Assembly: GCF_030028105.1 (NCBI RefSeq)
Contig: NC_092383.1
Location: 98,045,604-98,109,603, forward strand
Direction of reading: 5' to 3'
Length of the DNA: 64,000 bases
From: Mobula birostris
Taxonomy: Eukaryota
This document shows positions 1-12,769 of the stretch, one piece after another. Under the pieces are notes generated by a model, which worked only from the letters and a program-made list of their open reading frames with translations, ran no database searches and was not told the origin of the DNA. The position numbers and the translations under genes were made by a program. Every line of letters starts with the position of its first letter. Position 1 is the stretch's first letter.

Positions 1-410
1 GGCTATCGATGAATTCCCATCTCTATCACCCATCTCACTAGAAAGCGGCCAGTGAGTGAGTGGGCCAGTGAAGGAGTGGAGCTTTGAGGTTTTGACTCGA
101 GAGAGTCTGGCAGTTTTGGCAGTTGGACTGCACAATCAAGTCAATCAAGATTTGAATAGATCAGCAGAAAGCAGTTGATTAGACAATCAAGATTTGAATA
201 GCTCAGACTCAGCAGAAAGCAGCTGATTGGGCAGTCAAGGTCAGGTGACGAAGCAGTTTGAAAACCTCAAACAAATAAATAGAGGGGTAGCTCAAGCGGA
301 GCAGCCAGTGAGTGAGCGGGCCAATGAAGGAGTGGAGCTTTGAGGCTTTGACTTGAGAGGCTTCGACGAGAAGAGGCGGAGGACGAGCTTGCTCCCAGTT
401 AGGCTTTACA

Positions 411-1342
411 ATGCTTCCTGAGACGGTGATGTGCCTCTCATGTGAGATGTGGCAGTCTTGGGGAACGCCCCTCTCCCGCAGAGTCACACCTGCCAGAAGT
501 GCATACGGCTGGGCGAACTGGAAGACCGTGTAAGGAATCTGGAGCAGCAGCTGGATGACCTTCAACTCATAAGGGAGAATGAGGCAGTCATAGATGAGAG
601 CTACAGGGAGGTAGTCACACCTAGGCTGTCGGAAACAGGTTGTTGGGTGACAGTCAGAGGGGGAAAAGTGAAGGTGAGTAGACAGGTAGTGCAGAGCACC
701 CATTACCCTGAAAAATAAGTTTACCATCCTGGATACTGTTGGCGGGGATGATCGACCGGGGTGAGCCACGGTGGCAGGGCCTCCGGCACTGAGTCTGACC
801 TGGTGGTGCAGAAGGGTGGGACAGAGAAGAGGAGAGCTGTCGTCATTGGAGACTCTATAGTCAGGGGAGCAGACAGGAGACTTTGTGGACGTGAGAAGGA
901 CACCCGCACGGTTTGTTGCCTCCCGGATGCCAGGGTCTGGGATGTCTCTGACCGGGTGCACGACATTCTGGTACGAGAGGGAAAGCAACCAGAAGTCGTG
1001 ATACATGTTGGTACCAATGACATAGGCAGGAAGAGGGATGAGGTCCTGAAGTGTGAGTTTCGGGAACTAGGCAGAAGGCTGAAGAACAGGACCTCAAGGG
1101 TGGCGTTCTCAGGACTGCTGCCAGTGCTACGTGACAGTGATGTTAAGAATAAGAGAAGATTTCAGTTGAATGCGTGGCTGAGGAGTTGGTGCAGGGAGCA
1201 GGGTTTTAGATTTTTGGATCATTAGGATCTCTTCTGGGGAAGGTGGGACCTGTACAGATTGGATCGGTTGCACCTGAACTCGAGGGGGAGCAATATCCTT
1301 GCAGGTAGGTTTGCTAGCATGGTTCGGGAAGGTTTAAACTAA
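411..1342 (+). pseudogene. CR1 ORF1: Zn-finger/coiled coil plus SGNH/GDSL esterase domain, disrupted
   Basis: ATG at 411 gives MLPETVMCLSC; after a frameshift comes HTCQKC..LEDRVRNLEQQL. Esterase blocks are GDSIVRG, HVGTND and DRLHLN (1262). In-frame TAG at 1223-1225. Confidence 0.85.
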
Positions 1343-1469
1343 TTTGCAAGGGGAATGGGACCCAGAGCGATAGAGCAGTGAAAGAAGTGCATGGAGTTAA
1401 GCCAGATCTAACATATAGAGAGGCTTTGAGGAAAGAGAAGCAGAATAAACGGTGTAAAGCCAGTAAGGT

Positions 1470-4193
1470 AGAAGGGCTGAAATGTGTGTACCTCAATGCA
1501 AGAAGCATCAGGAACAAAGGTGAGGATACATACACAGAATTATGATGTAGTGGCCATTACAGAGACTTGGCTGGCACCAGGGCAGGAATGGATTCTCAAT
1601 ATTCCTGGATTTCAGTGCTTTAAAAGAATAGAGGTGGGGGAAGGGGAGGAGGGATGGCGTTACTGGTCAGGGATACTATTACAGCTACAGAAAGGGTGGA
1701 TAATGTAGCAGGATCCTCTTTTGAGTCAATACGGGTGGAAGTCAGGAACAGGAAGGGAGTAGTTACTCTATTGGGAGTATTCTGTAGACCCCTGGTAGCA
1801 GCAGAGATACCGAGGAGCAGATTGGGAGGCAGATTTTGGAAAGGTGCAAAAATAACAGGGTTGTTATCATGGGTGACTTTAACTTCCCTAATATTGATTG
1901 GCACCAAGGGTTTAGACAGGGCGAAGTCTGTTAAGTGTGTCCAGGATGGATTCCTGTCACAGTATGTTGACAGGCCAACTAGGGGGAATGCCATACTAGA
2001 TCTAGTATTAGGTAATGAACCGGGTCAGGTCACAGATCTCTCAGTGGGTGAGCATCTGGGGGACAGTGACCACCGCTCCCTGGCCTTTAACATTATTATG
2101 GAAAAGGATAGAATCAGAGAGGACAGGAAAATTTTTAATTGGGGAAGGGCAAATTATGAGGCTATAAGGCTAGAACTTGCGGGTGTGAATTGGGATGATG
2201 TTTTTGCAGGGAAATGTACTATGGACATGTAGTCGATGTTTAGGGATCTCTTGCAGGATGTTAGGGATAAATTTGTCCCGATGAGGAAGATAAAGAATGG
2301 TAGGGTGAAGGAACCATGGGTGACAAGTGAGGTGGAAGAAGGCAGCATACATGAGGTTTAGGAAGCAAGGATCAGATGGGTCTATTGAGGAATATATGGA
2401 AGCAAGAGAGGAGCTTAAGAAGGGGCTGAGAAGAGCAAGAAGGGGGCATGAGAAGTCCTTGGTGAGTAGGGTAAAGGAAAACCCCAAGACATTCTTCAAT
2501 TATATGAAGAACAAAATGATGACAGGACAGAAGGTAGGACCGATTAGAGTTAAAGGTGGGAAGATGTGCCTGGAGGCTGTGGAAGTGAGTGAGGTCCTCA
2601 ATGAATACTTCTCTTCAGTATTCACCAATGAGAGGGAACTTGATGACGGTGAGGTTGATGTTCTGGAGCATGCTGATACTAAGGGAGAGGAGTTGATGGA
2701 GTTGTTAAAATACACTAGGATGGATAAGTCTCTGGGACCTGACGGAATATTCCCCAGGCTGCTCCACGAGGTGAGGGAAGTGATTGCTGAGCCTCTGGCT
2801 AGGATCTTTATGTCCTCGTTGTCCACGGGAATGGTACCAGAGGATTGGAGGGAGGCGAATGTTGTCCCCTTTTTCAAAAAAGATAGTAGGGATAGTCCGG
2901 GTGATTATAGACCAGTGAGCCTTATGTCTGTGGTGGGAAAGCTGTTGGAAAAGATTCTTAGAGATAGGATCTATGGGCATTTAGAGAATCATGGTCTGAT
3001 CAGGGACAGTCAGCATGGCCTTGTGCAGGGCTGATCATGTCTAACAAGCCTGATATAATTCTTTGAGGAGGTGACCAGGCATATAGATGAGGGTAGTGCA
3101 GTGGATGTGATCTACATGGATGTTAGGAGGCATTTGACAAGGTGCCACACAGTAGGCTTATTCAGAAAGTCAGAAGGGAAGTTTTGCCAGGTGGATTCAG
3201 AATTGGCTTGCCTGCAGAAGGCAGAGGATCATGGTGGAGGGAGTACATTCAGATTGGAGGGCTGTGACTAGTGGTGTCCCATAAGGATCTATTCTGGGAC
3301 CTCTACTTTTCGTGATTTTTATTAACGACCTGAATGTAGAGGTAGAAGGGTGGGTTGGCAAGTTTGCAGACGACACAAAGGTTGGTGGTGTTGTAGATAG
3401 TGTAGAGGATTGTCGAACATTGCAGAGAGACATTGATAGGATGCAGAAGTGGGCTGAGAAGTGGCAGATGGAGTTCAACCCGGAGAAGTGTGAGGTGGTA
3501 CACTTTGGAAGGACAAACTCCAAAGCAGAGTACAAAGTAAATGGCAGGATACTTGGTAGTGCGGAGGAGCAGAGGGATCTCGGGGTACATGTCCACAGAT
3601 CCCTGAAAGTTGCCTCACAGGTAGATAGGTTAGTTAAGAAAGCTTATGGGGTGCTAGTTTTCATAAGTCGAGGGATAGAGTTTAAGAGTTGCGGAGTAAT
3701 GATGCAGCTCTATAAAACTCTGGTTAAGCCACACCTGGAGTACTATGTCCAGTTCTGGTCGCCTCACTATAGGAAGGATGTGGAAGCATTGGAAAGGATA
3801 CAGAGGAGATTTACCAGGATGCTGCCTGGTTTAAAGAGTATGGATTATGATCAGAGATTAAAGGAGCTAGGGCTTTACTGTTTGGAGAGAAGCAGGATGA
3901 GAAGAGACATGATAGAGGTATGCAAGATATTAAGAGGAATAGATAGAGTGGACAGCCAGTGCCTCTTCCCCAGGGCACCACTGCTCAATACAAGGGGACA
4001 TGGCTTTAAGGTAAGGGGTGGGAAGTTCAAGGGGGATATTAGAGGAAAGTTTTTTACTCAGAGAGTGGTTGGTGCGTGGAATGCACTGCCTGAGTCAGTG
4101 GTGGAGACAGATACACTAGTGAAATTTAAGAGACTACTAGAAAGCTGTATGGAGGAATTTAAGGTGCGGGTTTATATTGGAGGCAGGGTTTGA
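1470..4193 (+). pseudogene. CR1 ORF2: APE endonuclease plus reverse transcriptase, with multiple stops and frameshifts
   Basis: Motifs include DVVAITETWL, LDLVLGNE, GDSDH, GPDGIFPRLL, YRPVSL, KFADDTK and HLEYYVQFWSP, split across several ORFs. Confidence 0.92.
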
Positions 4194-4419
4194 GGGTCGG
4201 CACAACATTGTGGGCTGAAGGGCCTGTCCTGTGCTGTACTATTCTATGTTCTATGTACCCTCTATACTGAGCCAGTTTCTCAAGGTTGGACCAGGCATGT
4301 CCCCACCATCTAATTTCAGTCTCGACATCTCTCCCCTATGTGTTTAACGAATTTAGCTTCCAAAGGAAGCGAGCTTTGAACCTTTGAGAACAATGGAATA
4401 CTTCTCTCTGCGTCAACTT

Positions 4420-4890
4420 CATCACTACAACAAAGCCTTCGATACTTAGACAGAAACACCATATGGAAACTGATGAAACACTATGGAATACTGCAGAAAT
4501 TTGTCAATATCTTTAGGAACTCCTACAACATGTCATGCAAAGTCATACATGTGGGAAAACTGGCAGAAAGCTTCAATGTCAACACTGGGGTGAAGCTGGA
4601 ATGTTTGGGTCCTTTCCTGTTCCTGTTGGCAATAAGCAGGATTATGAAACAGACAACAGGTGAAAAATAAAATGGAATCCAGTGCACTATGTGGCAACTT
4701 GATGACTGAGTTTGCAGATAACATCACCCTACTGTCTCACTCTAACCAACAGATATAAGAGAGATCAGCACTCTTGACCACTAATTCCACCATGCTGGGT
4801 CTAAGACCAAACGTAGATAAAATGGAAGAGATGAGGATAAACTGCACCAGCAATAGACCTATAGTGATGAGAGATACAACCCTGGAAGAA
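4420..4890 (+). mobile_element. Degraded RTE-clade LINE RT fragment
   Basis: KAFD..DRNTIWKLMKHYGILQKFVNIFRNSY..FNVNTGVK is a typical RTE RT segment. Confidence 0.6.
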
Positions 4891-5162
4891 CTTTTATTCC
4901 TGAAATAATTCTCACGAACTTCCTCTGGACCCTCTCCAATGCCAGCACATCTTTTATTTGATCAGGGGACCAAAACCCCTCACAGTACAGCAAGTGTGGT
5001 CTGACCAGTGACTTCTAAAGCCTCAGCTTTACATTCTTGATTTTATATTCTGGTTCTCACAAAATGATTGCAAACATTGCATTTGTCATCCTTACCAGCA
5101 AATCAACCTGAAAATTAAACAACTGATTTTATCTTCTCCCTCACAAACTACAGGGTATGTAC

Positions 5163-5300
5163 TATCAGATCAGAATCAGATTTGGGTTTAATATCACCGG
5201 CATATGTTGTGAAATTATTTAACTTTGCAGCAGCAGAACAATGCGATACATGATAATAGGGAGAAAAAAAAACTGAATTGCAGTAAATATACATATAGAA
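5163..5300 (-). mobile_element. 3' tail of a Rex1/Babar(L2)-like LINE
   Basis: Reverse complement of the ctgctgc..aagtt..aatttcac..gtgata.taaa..ctgattctga tail also seen at ~6700-6775, 47200-47277 and 58870-58935. Confidence 0.6.
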
Positions 5301-5499
5301 TGTATAATGTGTCGAGGAAAGCGGACCGGGTCGAGACAACAGAGACTTTTGGAGAAGAGGAGTTCGGTGGGTAATACTGTTCTGCCTGACCGGAAGTGCA
5401 CTGAGAGCAGTAAGCGTAAAGGAGTTGGGGGCTTACTGATCTGCCTAACAACAGATGGTGCAATCCGGGTCATATTACGATCGAGGAACGTGTTTGCAG

Positions 5500-5810
5500 A
5501 CAGAATACTGAACTTTTTACTGTTGGACTTCGGCCACGTTCCACCGAGATTCTACACTGGGCGGCATGGGAGGTCGTTCCTGCCTGTGGCCATCGAACGT
5601 GCAGCTCCTCCCGTGGAGGGTCAGACATCCTGAGCCAATAGACTGGTCCTGGACTTATTTTCCATCTGGCATAGTTTGCATTTTGTTGTTTGATTGTTGG
5701 GGTTTTTGTATTGCTATATTTACGCTCTATTCTTGGTTGGTGCGGCTGTAACAAAACCAAATTTCCCTCGGGATTAATAAAGTGTATCTAGCTATCTATC
5801 TATCTATAAT
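5500..5810 (+). mobile_element. 3' end of a second Rex1/Babar-like LINE subfamily
   Basis: RHGRSFLPVAI C-terminal remnant and a 3'UTR ending aataaag plus (tatc)n. Homologous to 18795-19050 and 49350-49660. Confidence 0.6.
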
Positions 5811-6420
5811 ATGTATAGGAAGCTTCTCACAGGACATCTGTAGAAATTTTCAAGCCTTTTCGGTGACAAAACAAATCTCCTCAAACTCCTAATGAAATAT
5901 AGCTGCTATTTTCTCGTCATTATAGCTGCGTCGATATTTTGTGTCCAGGTTCGGTCCTCAGAGATATTGACACCCAGGAACTTGAAAATACTCACTGTGT
6001 CCACTTCTGATCACTCCCTGAGGAGTGTGTGTTCCCTCATCTTACCCCTCCTAAAGACCACAATCAGTTCTTTGGTCTTACTGATGTTGAGTGCAAGTGA
6101 GTTCTGGCAACACCACTCAACTAGCCGCTCCTGTACGCCCGCTCATCACCACCTGAGACTCTGCTAACAATGGTTGTATCATCAGCAAATTTATAGATGT
6201 CAGTTGAGCTGTGCCTAGCCACATCGTCATGGGTGCAGAGTAAGCACGCGTCCCTGAAATGTGCCAGTGTTGATTGTCAGCGAAGTAGAGATGTTATTTC
6301 CAATCTGCACACATCGTGTCTTCTGGTTAGAAAGCTGAGGATCCAGTTGCAGATGAGGTACAGAGGCCCAGGGTGTGGAGCTTCCCAGATTTTGCGACTC
6401 ATCCTGTTGACTGTAATTTT
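5810..6420 (-). mobile_element. Rex1/Babar-like RT fragment
   Basis: The minus strand encodes [18 protein letters not shown] and remnants of the KTKELIVDF region. Confidence 0.65.
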
Positions 6421-6899
6421 GTCCAGTCATCAGCCTCTCCTTGCTAGTAGTCTCACAGCACATTGCCTCTATTAATGCTCTTCTTTACTATTTCTGTTTT
6501 TGCACCATTTTTAATATATTCAATATGGAAGGCAATGGCAAACCACTGTTGTAACCTGCACCCTATGTGGTTCCTCACTACATCAGAGAGGCATGGAGGG
6601 AAATCGTCCACTAACCGGAGAAACTCCGGATGCGACGTACCTTTCCTTTTCCATATACATATACATTAATTAATGTTTCTATATTACGGTATGTCTTTCA
6701 TTGAACTGCTGCTGCCAAGTGAACAAATTTCACGACTCATGCCTGTGATAATAAAGCTGATTCTGACTCTGACTCAGAATCAAGGTCAGGATTGGGGGAG
6801 AGAGTCGTCCCAGACCAGCCGGTGACCAGTCCTGAGTTTGGGTAAGGAACAAGAAGGGATTTAGAAGAAGGGACAAGACTCGATATAGATTAAAATAGG

Positions 6900-8150
6900 G
6901 ACGTCAGTGTTTAGTATTTGGTTGGCCAACTAAGGGGAAGTGCTAGATAATAAAATAAAGTATAAGCAATATCCGAAGAAAGATTGAAAATTATAAGTAG
7001 ACGAAACAACTCGTGGGTGACCCGTTGTTTCCCCTGGGTTTGCTCGCCGACAAAGTTGTTTGGAAACAAGGGACAGCAGGTACTCTGTAACAGTCTCTCG
7101 AGATTTGTGTGGGTGAAGTTGTGGTGATTGGCCGTACGGTGGGTCTATTGATCTAAAGACAATTCAGTCCTGGAAACACTAAACAGCAGCTGGAAATGGG
7201 GATCTGAACTGGGACAAACTGGTGTTTTAATAATTGGGAAGGGTTGGCAAGACATTAACAGCCACCAAAGGTTAAATCTAAGAAAGAAGAGAGCCAGACC
7301 CTCAGAAGGCAGAGGCGCCACCATTGGGACCCTCGGCTGCAACCGGACTATCGTCAACAGTTAAACTTTCGTCCACCCAAACGAGACCCCCGACAATTCG
7401 CCTACCGACACAACCAATCAACAGACGACACAGAGTTCATTTTCAATATGATTCCTGATAACAGTACTTACTTTGCCTGCGGCTACTGGGCCTTTCCCCG
7501 GCTGCCCCGAAACTGGGCACGGTCTGTTATTTGGCCTATGTGGCTCTCTTTATGAGGCACCAAAAACCATTGAACTTGCATCGCAACCTCTGGGTTAAGA
7601 GAGCTATCACCGGGGCTGGGAGGTTCTGGACGATTGTTTCTTACTTCTGGGGCAGACAGGGCAGCACAAGAATTGACACAAGTGGCCTCAGCCGTTGAAA
7701 GATAGACAATGATATCGCTTTGGTCCTGGAGGAAACTCAGCAGTGGATTCTGGAACTGACTGCTGAGAGTGGCCCTGAGAAATCGAATGTCTCTGGACTT
7801 CACACTAGCTGAGAAAGGTGGAACCAGTGCTATCACAGGACAGGAATGTTGTACCTGTATCCCAGTGAGACCGAGAATATAATCCATATGGCCGGCCATA
7901 TTCAGAAGAGTGGGAAAGAAATATGTAAGGTAGGAGAAGAATTTCTTAACTATTATTCTCCCGGACGCTGGTGGCTTTTTGGGAATCTCTAAGGATGGTG
8001 GTGGACATCGGTGGTGCATTATGTATTAATGTTAGTATTGATAGTAGTGGCAGTAGGAATCTTTAAATTTTCATGTTCCCTGGTATCCCAGCCCGGGCAG
8101 GGATATGTCTAAAGGTGAAGTTGTAACCCTTTGATCCTGGGTATGAAGAT
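6900..8150 (+). pseudogene. env: Endogenous retrovirus env remnant (gamma/epsilon-type SU+TM), frameshifted
   Basis: Manual translation shows, in order: SU motif YFACGYWAFPRLPRNW../CYLAYV (7469-7550); cleavage site WVKR|AITGAGRFW (7591-7602); heptad segments; ISD VALRNRMSLDFTLAEKGGTSAITGQECCTCIP (7769-7864, an SX6CC version of CX6CC); TM WWWTSVVHYVLMLVLIVVAVGIF (from 7996). Confidence 0.88.
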
Positions 8151-8249
8151 GCTTGTTTAGACATGCGGCCTCTACCCCCAAGCTATGAAGCCCCCTATCC
8201 AGAAGATGAGGAGGGATAAATGTGATCTGACGATCAAAAAGGAGGGGAC

Positions 8250-8850
8250 TCTGGAAGAAAATTAAGCTCAACAAAAACATGAGGATAGCAGGGCAGGGTA
8301 AGAAGCAAATAGGATCTGCCTGTCCAGTCAGACTGTTAGAAATGAAGAACTGATAAGCACGGATGCAGAAAGTTCTGTTGGTAACGCAGAACTGATATGG
8401 ACGGATGTAGAAAGTTCTGTTAGAAATGAAGAACTGATAAGCACAGATGGTGTATGTAAGGCGGCACCCTTAGCCCTCAAGACGACATGACTAATAACTT
8501 GGTTTCTTATAATGAATGGGGAGGTTCCTTCGGCCTCCAAGGGCTACTGGACTGATAGCTTGCTTTCTTCTAATTGATGGGAAACTGATTGTGTATGTGG
8601 GGATCCACTGCCTAATTCTGTGTAATGTATGGAAGCATCCTGAACCTTGTCAATAAGGTCTAAGCAGGAACTCTTGATCCTGAAAACTGCTGAACTGCAC
8701 ATATTTTAAGGCATAAAAGAACATGTTTATGTTTGCTTTAGCAGAGTCTCTTAGTGGGCTCTCCTTCATCACATACTAAAGAAATTGAACCAAGTACCGG
8801 GGTCTGTGTCTTTGTTTAAGTCTGATCGGTGTGAGCAAATTTCTCTGATA
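8250..8850 (+). mobile_element. Probable 3' LTR of the ERV
   Basis: Polypurine tract aaaaaggagggga at 8236-8248 directly after env. About 42-bp U3 tandem repeats (tgttagaaatgaagaactgataagcac at 8334 and 8418). TATA-like cataaaag at ~8713. Termini are degenerate. Confidence 0.65.
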
Positions 8851-9160
8851 ATCTGGCATGTTTCCTCCTTCCCTTTCTCCCATGCTCCACTCTCCTCTCC
8901 TATCAGATTCCGTTTGCTTCAGCCCTTGACATTTCATCTCACGTTCTCAACATTTATTGCTCAGTTAGTTATTATTGTTCTTTCTTTTTTTTTCGCACAG
9001 TTTGTTGTCTTTTGCACATTGGTGGTTTATAAATCCTGTTGTGTGCGGTCTTTCATGGATTTGGTTCTGTTCCTTGGATTTACCGCAAGAAAACAACTGT
9101 CAGTGTTGTATATGGTGATTATATATGTACTGAGATAATGAATTTACTCTGAAACTTGAG
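8851..9160 (+). mobile_element. Short Penelope 3' fragment followed by a Rex/L2-like 3' tail
   Basis: Resembles the pyrimidine-rich Penelope 3' region (~50030-50110) and the LINE tail at 59340-59515. Confidence 0.45.
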
Positions 9161-9424
9161 AACCATCTAGACATTTCTTCAGAAGGCCTTACTCGACACA
9201 TTCAACTAACTCCATCCCATTCAATACCCTGGTACTGTGGCAGTCCCATTCTCTGTCAGGGACCTGTAACAATGCTATTATTCCTACAGCTATCTGTAAC
9301 TTCTCTAATTCCGACTGATTACTGGGACCTACAGCACAGTACATCCCTCAAAGTGATCATCCCCTATAAGCTGTACATGTATAGCCTCACTGGATGACCC
9401 TCCAGGAATAGACTCTCCAAGTAT

Positions 9425-9690
9425 TACCATGATCAAAACTGGTGGCTACGAGCTTGTGGACACTATGGAGATGTGGCTGAAAGAGGGTCAGCGCTGGGAC
9501 GTAAACATCCAATGATATACATCCCATCAAAAAGGTAGGTGGGTGGGCAGAGGGGAGGAGTGGCACTCTCAGTAAAATATGAAATTAATCCCATAAAACA
9601 GAGTGATGATAGGATCAGAAGATGAAGAACATTTGTGGGTAGAGTTGAAGAATTTCAAAGGTTACAAGACCCTGAAGGGAGTTTTTACAG
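9425..9690 (+). mobile_element. Degraded CR1 endonuclease fragment
   Basis: ETWL-like, GGGVAL-like and LWVELKN segments. Confidence 0.55.
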
Positions 9691-10299
9691 GCTGCAGAAG
9701 AGCAGTCAGGATGAGGGTACAAACGACATGGGAGAAACACTACCAGGAGATCGAGAAAGCACGTGGGAAAAGCACCACCACCTACAGGTTCCCCTCCACA
9801 TCCCACAGCCTCCCTGACCAGCTGGACAAACCATCTCCTTCTCCCTGCTGTGTGGAGTTCTCCCCCTCACTGCAGTCTACAGAAACAATTCTTGCACCAC
9901 CTACAGGGCTGCTTCACCCTGTCCCCTCATTTGACTCCTCATCCAGTAAAGACACCTACCTCCCTTTGCAACTCGATCTTTAACCTCCTGACTAGCAGAC
10001 CACAATCAGTAAGGAAAGTATCTATCTATCGAAAGCCAGTGACATCCACAGCACAATTATTCTCAGAATGTTTGCCCTATCTACAACACTCCTCTCCAGC
10101 CCTACAGTTAGGCGTAAACTATTTCTGTCATTGTTAGATTACTCATGGAGGAAGAAAGAGTGAAAGGGAAAAGAGGAGGATAGAGACTGAGTTTATGGAG
10201 AGAGACACAGAGTTCTCTGAACACTTCAGAGAGGGGTGAGTCTGATAATCCAAGGCTTCTCAGCAAAAACGAGGCGGTGGGGGGGGGTGGAGAGGATGC

Positions 10300-10412
10300 G
10301 TTGAGTTTGTTTGTCGTAGTGGTCTGGCAGACCCCGAGAATGAGGCGGGGTGGAGGGGAGGGGATGCTTTGTGTCTGTTTGTCGTAGTGGTCTGGCAGAC
10401 CCTGAGAATGCC
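10300..10412. repeat. Short direct duplication (tttgtcgtagtggtctggcagaccc.gagaatg x2)
   Basis: Two near-identical copies at ~10310 and ~10377. Confidence 0.8.
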
Positions 10413-11059
10413 ACGATGGGCAGAAAAGTCTTCTGCCCGCAGCGAACATCTCACACACTCACTGCTCCGCAAGCAGAGCTGATCACGGAAACTAAACCTT
10501 GCAAATGGTGGCGAGAAAATGAGATTGTTGGGACTCAGGACGTGGGGTGGTGGGGGCGGGGGGAGCGGGTGGCTGAGGAAGAGAAGGGGAGCAGTGGGTG
10601 GAATGAGAGGCGAAGGGAGGGAGAGGTCAGTAGCCCCTCTCTCAGACCACAGTGGGTTGAAAGCCAATCGCAGAAACACGCTTCACACCGGTCACTCCCT
10701 CACCGTTGTGCAACCTGTTCCCCCTGTTCTCTAATCACTACTGGTGACCACAATCTGAACTTACCCACACAGGTGACCCAGATGGCAACGCAGAGCAGGG
10801 ACGGCACCATCCCGAAGAGAATTCCACACTGAGCGCTTTTTGGCGATCTGGAGTTTCGGAGACTGTTGGGAGATTTCTGGTTACAGCTGCCAAGCCCTTT
10901 CTGAAATGCAGGAATTCAGTGAGACGATGCTCTCGGTCTGTTATGATGCATTGCTCTGCTTTATCTTCGCCCACAGCCTTGTTTAATCGCTATCCCTGCC
11001 TGTTTCCTCCTGCTGCACCCACCCCGTACGCTCTATCACTAAAGAGGTAGTGCTGAGCA

Positions 11060-12575
11060 GACGTGGGACAACTCCGCTGGTGGAATACATCCCAGGGTAC
11101 TGAAATAAATGGCAGAGGTTATAGCTGCGGCTTTGGTGGTAATTTACCAAAATTCTCTGGACTCTGGGCAGGTCCCGGCGGATTGGAGGATAGTGAATGT
11201 CACGCCACTGTTCCAAACAAGCATGTCGACAAAAGGCAGGAAAATATAGGCCAGTCAGTTCAACATTTGTAGTTGGCAAAATGCTTGAAGCTGTCATTAA
11301 AGAAGAAAGCGAAGCATCTGAAAAGAAATGGATCCATCGTGACGACGCAACATGGATTCAGCAAAGGAAGGTCCTGTTTGAGAAACTTACTGGAGTTCTT
11401 TGGGGATATAACGAGCACAGTGGATAGAGGGGAACAGATGGATGTTATTTACTTGGCTTTCCAGAAGGTGTTCGATAAGGTGCCATATAAAGGACTTATC
11501 GATAGGATAAGGCTGCAGAGAGTTGGAGGTGATGTCTTAGCATGGATATAGCGTTGGTGAAACAATAGGAAGCAGAAAGTCGGTATACATGGGTGTTATT
11601 CTGATTGGCAATCAGTGGTGTGCGGTGTGCCGCAGGGTTAGATGCTGGGCCTGCAACTGTTACCGATATGCATTAACGATCTGGAGGGGACTGAGTATAG
11701 TGTATCTAAGTTTGCTGATGACACTAAATTGAGTGGAAAAGCAAATTGTACAGAAGATACGGAGAGTCTGCAGAGAGACATAGATGGGTTAAGTGAGTGG
11801 GCAAGGGTCTGGCAGATGGAATACAATGTTGGTAAATACGAGGTCATCCACATTGGAAGTAAAAATGGAAGATCAGATTACTAGTTAAATGGTAAAAGAT
11901 TGCAGTATGCTGCTGTGCAGAAGGACTTGGGAATGATTGTGCATGAATCACAAAAGGTTGGTTTGCAGGTTCAGCAGGCTATCAAAAAGGCAAATGGGAT
12001 GTTGGCCTACATTGCTAGAGGGATTGAACTTAAGAGCAGGGAGGTTATGCTACAACTGTACAGGGTACTGGTGAGGTTACACCTGGAGTACCACATGCAG
12101 TTCTGGTCTCCTTACTTGAGGAAGGATATACTGGCATTGGAGACAGTGAAGAGGAGGTTCACCAGGTTGATTCCAGAGATGAGGGGGTTAGACTATGAGG
12201 AGAGATTGAGTCACCTGGGACTGTACTCACTGGAATTCAGAAAGATGAGAGGAGATCTTATAGAAATATATAAAATTATGAAAGGGATAGATAAGATAGG
12301 GGCAGGAAAGTTATTTCCACTGGTAGACAAGACTAGAACTAGGGGACATAGCCTCAAAATTTGAGGGAATAAATTTAAGATGGCGATAAGCGAAAACTGC
12401 TTTACCCAAAGAGTGATGAATGTGTGTAATTCGCTGCCCAATAAAGCAGCGGAGGCTACCTTGGGAAATATATTTAAGAATGTTAGATAGATTTTTTGCA
12501 TAGTTGGGGAATGAAGGGTTACGGGGAAAAGGCAGGTAGATGGAGATGAGTCCATTGTCAGGAAAGCCATGATCT
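11060..12575 (+). mobile_element. 5'-truncated degraded CR1 LINE (RT to 3' end)
   Basis: YRPVS, QHGFSKGRSCLRNLLEFF, SKFADDTKLSG, QFWSPY and TRGHSLKI motifs. Confidence 0.9.
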
Positions 12576-12769
12576 TATTGGTACCTACTCCGGTTCCTAT
12601 TTTTTATGTTCTTATCTCTTAATTGCTTTCCCCCTCCTCTCTCTCTCACTCCACCACAATCAGCCCCCAGTAGTCTCAGGACAAACCCCGTGTGATGGTC
12701 AGGTGTGTAGGAAATCCTTGAGCAGGCACCAGATTTACAAACATGCAAATAATCATGCAAAGCAAATAA

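Larger units (their letters stand above)
1..4256 (+). mobile_element. Near full-length, inactivated CR1-clade LINE (5'UTR, ORF1, ORF2, 3' tail)
   Basis: The 5'UTR has internal duplications (~45-100 vs ~300-355). ORF1 and ORF2 motifs follow in order. The element ends in a (ctatgtt)-type tail at 4244-4256. Confidence 0.93.

Noticed and set aside
209-1097. Minus-strand ORFs of 265, 100 and 78 aa, and similar antisense ORFs over other LINEs
   Set aside because: Antisense frames of CR1, Rex and Penelope coding sequence with no independent evidence.
7483-8019. 178-aa minus-strand ORF
   Set aside because: Antisense shadow of the + strand env remnant.
10418-10438. gggcagaa/ttctgccc hairpin resembling a terminator
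   Set aside because: An 8-bp stem is expected by chance in 64 kb, there is no U-tract, and the context is eukaryotic.
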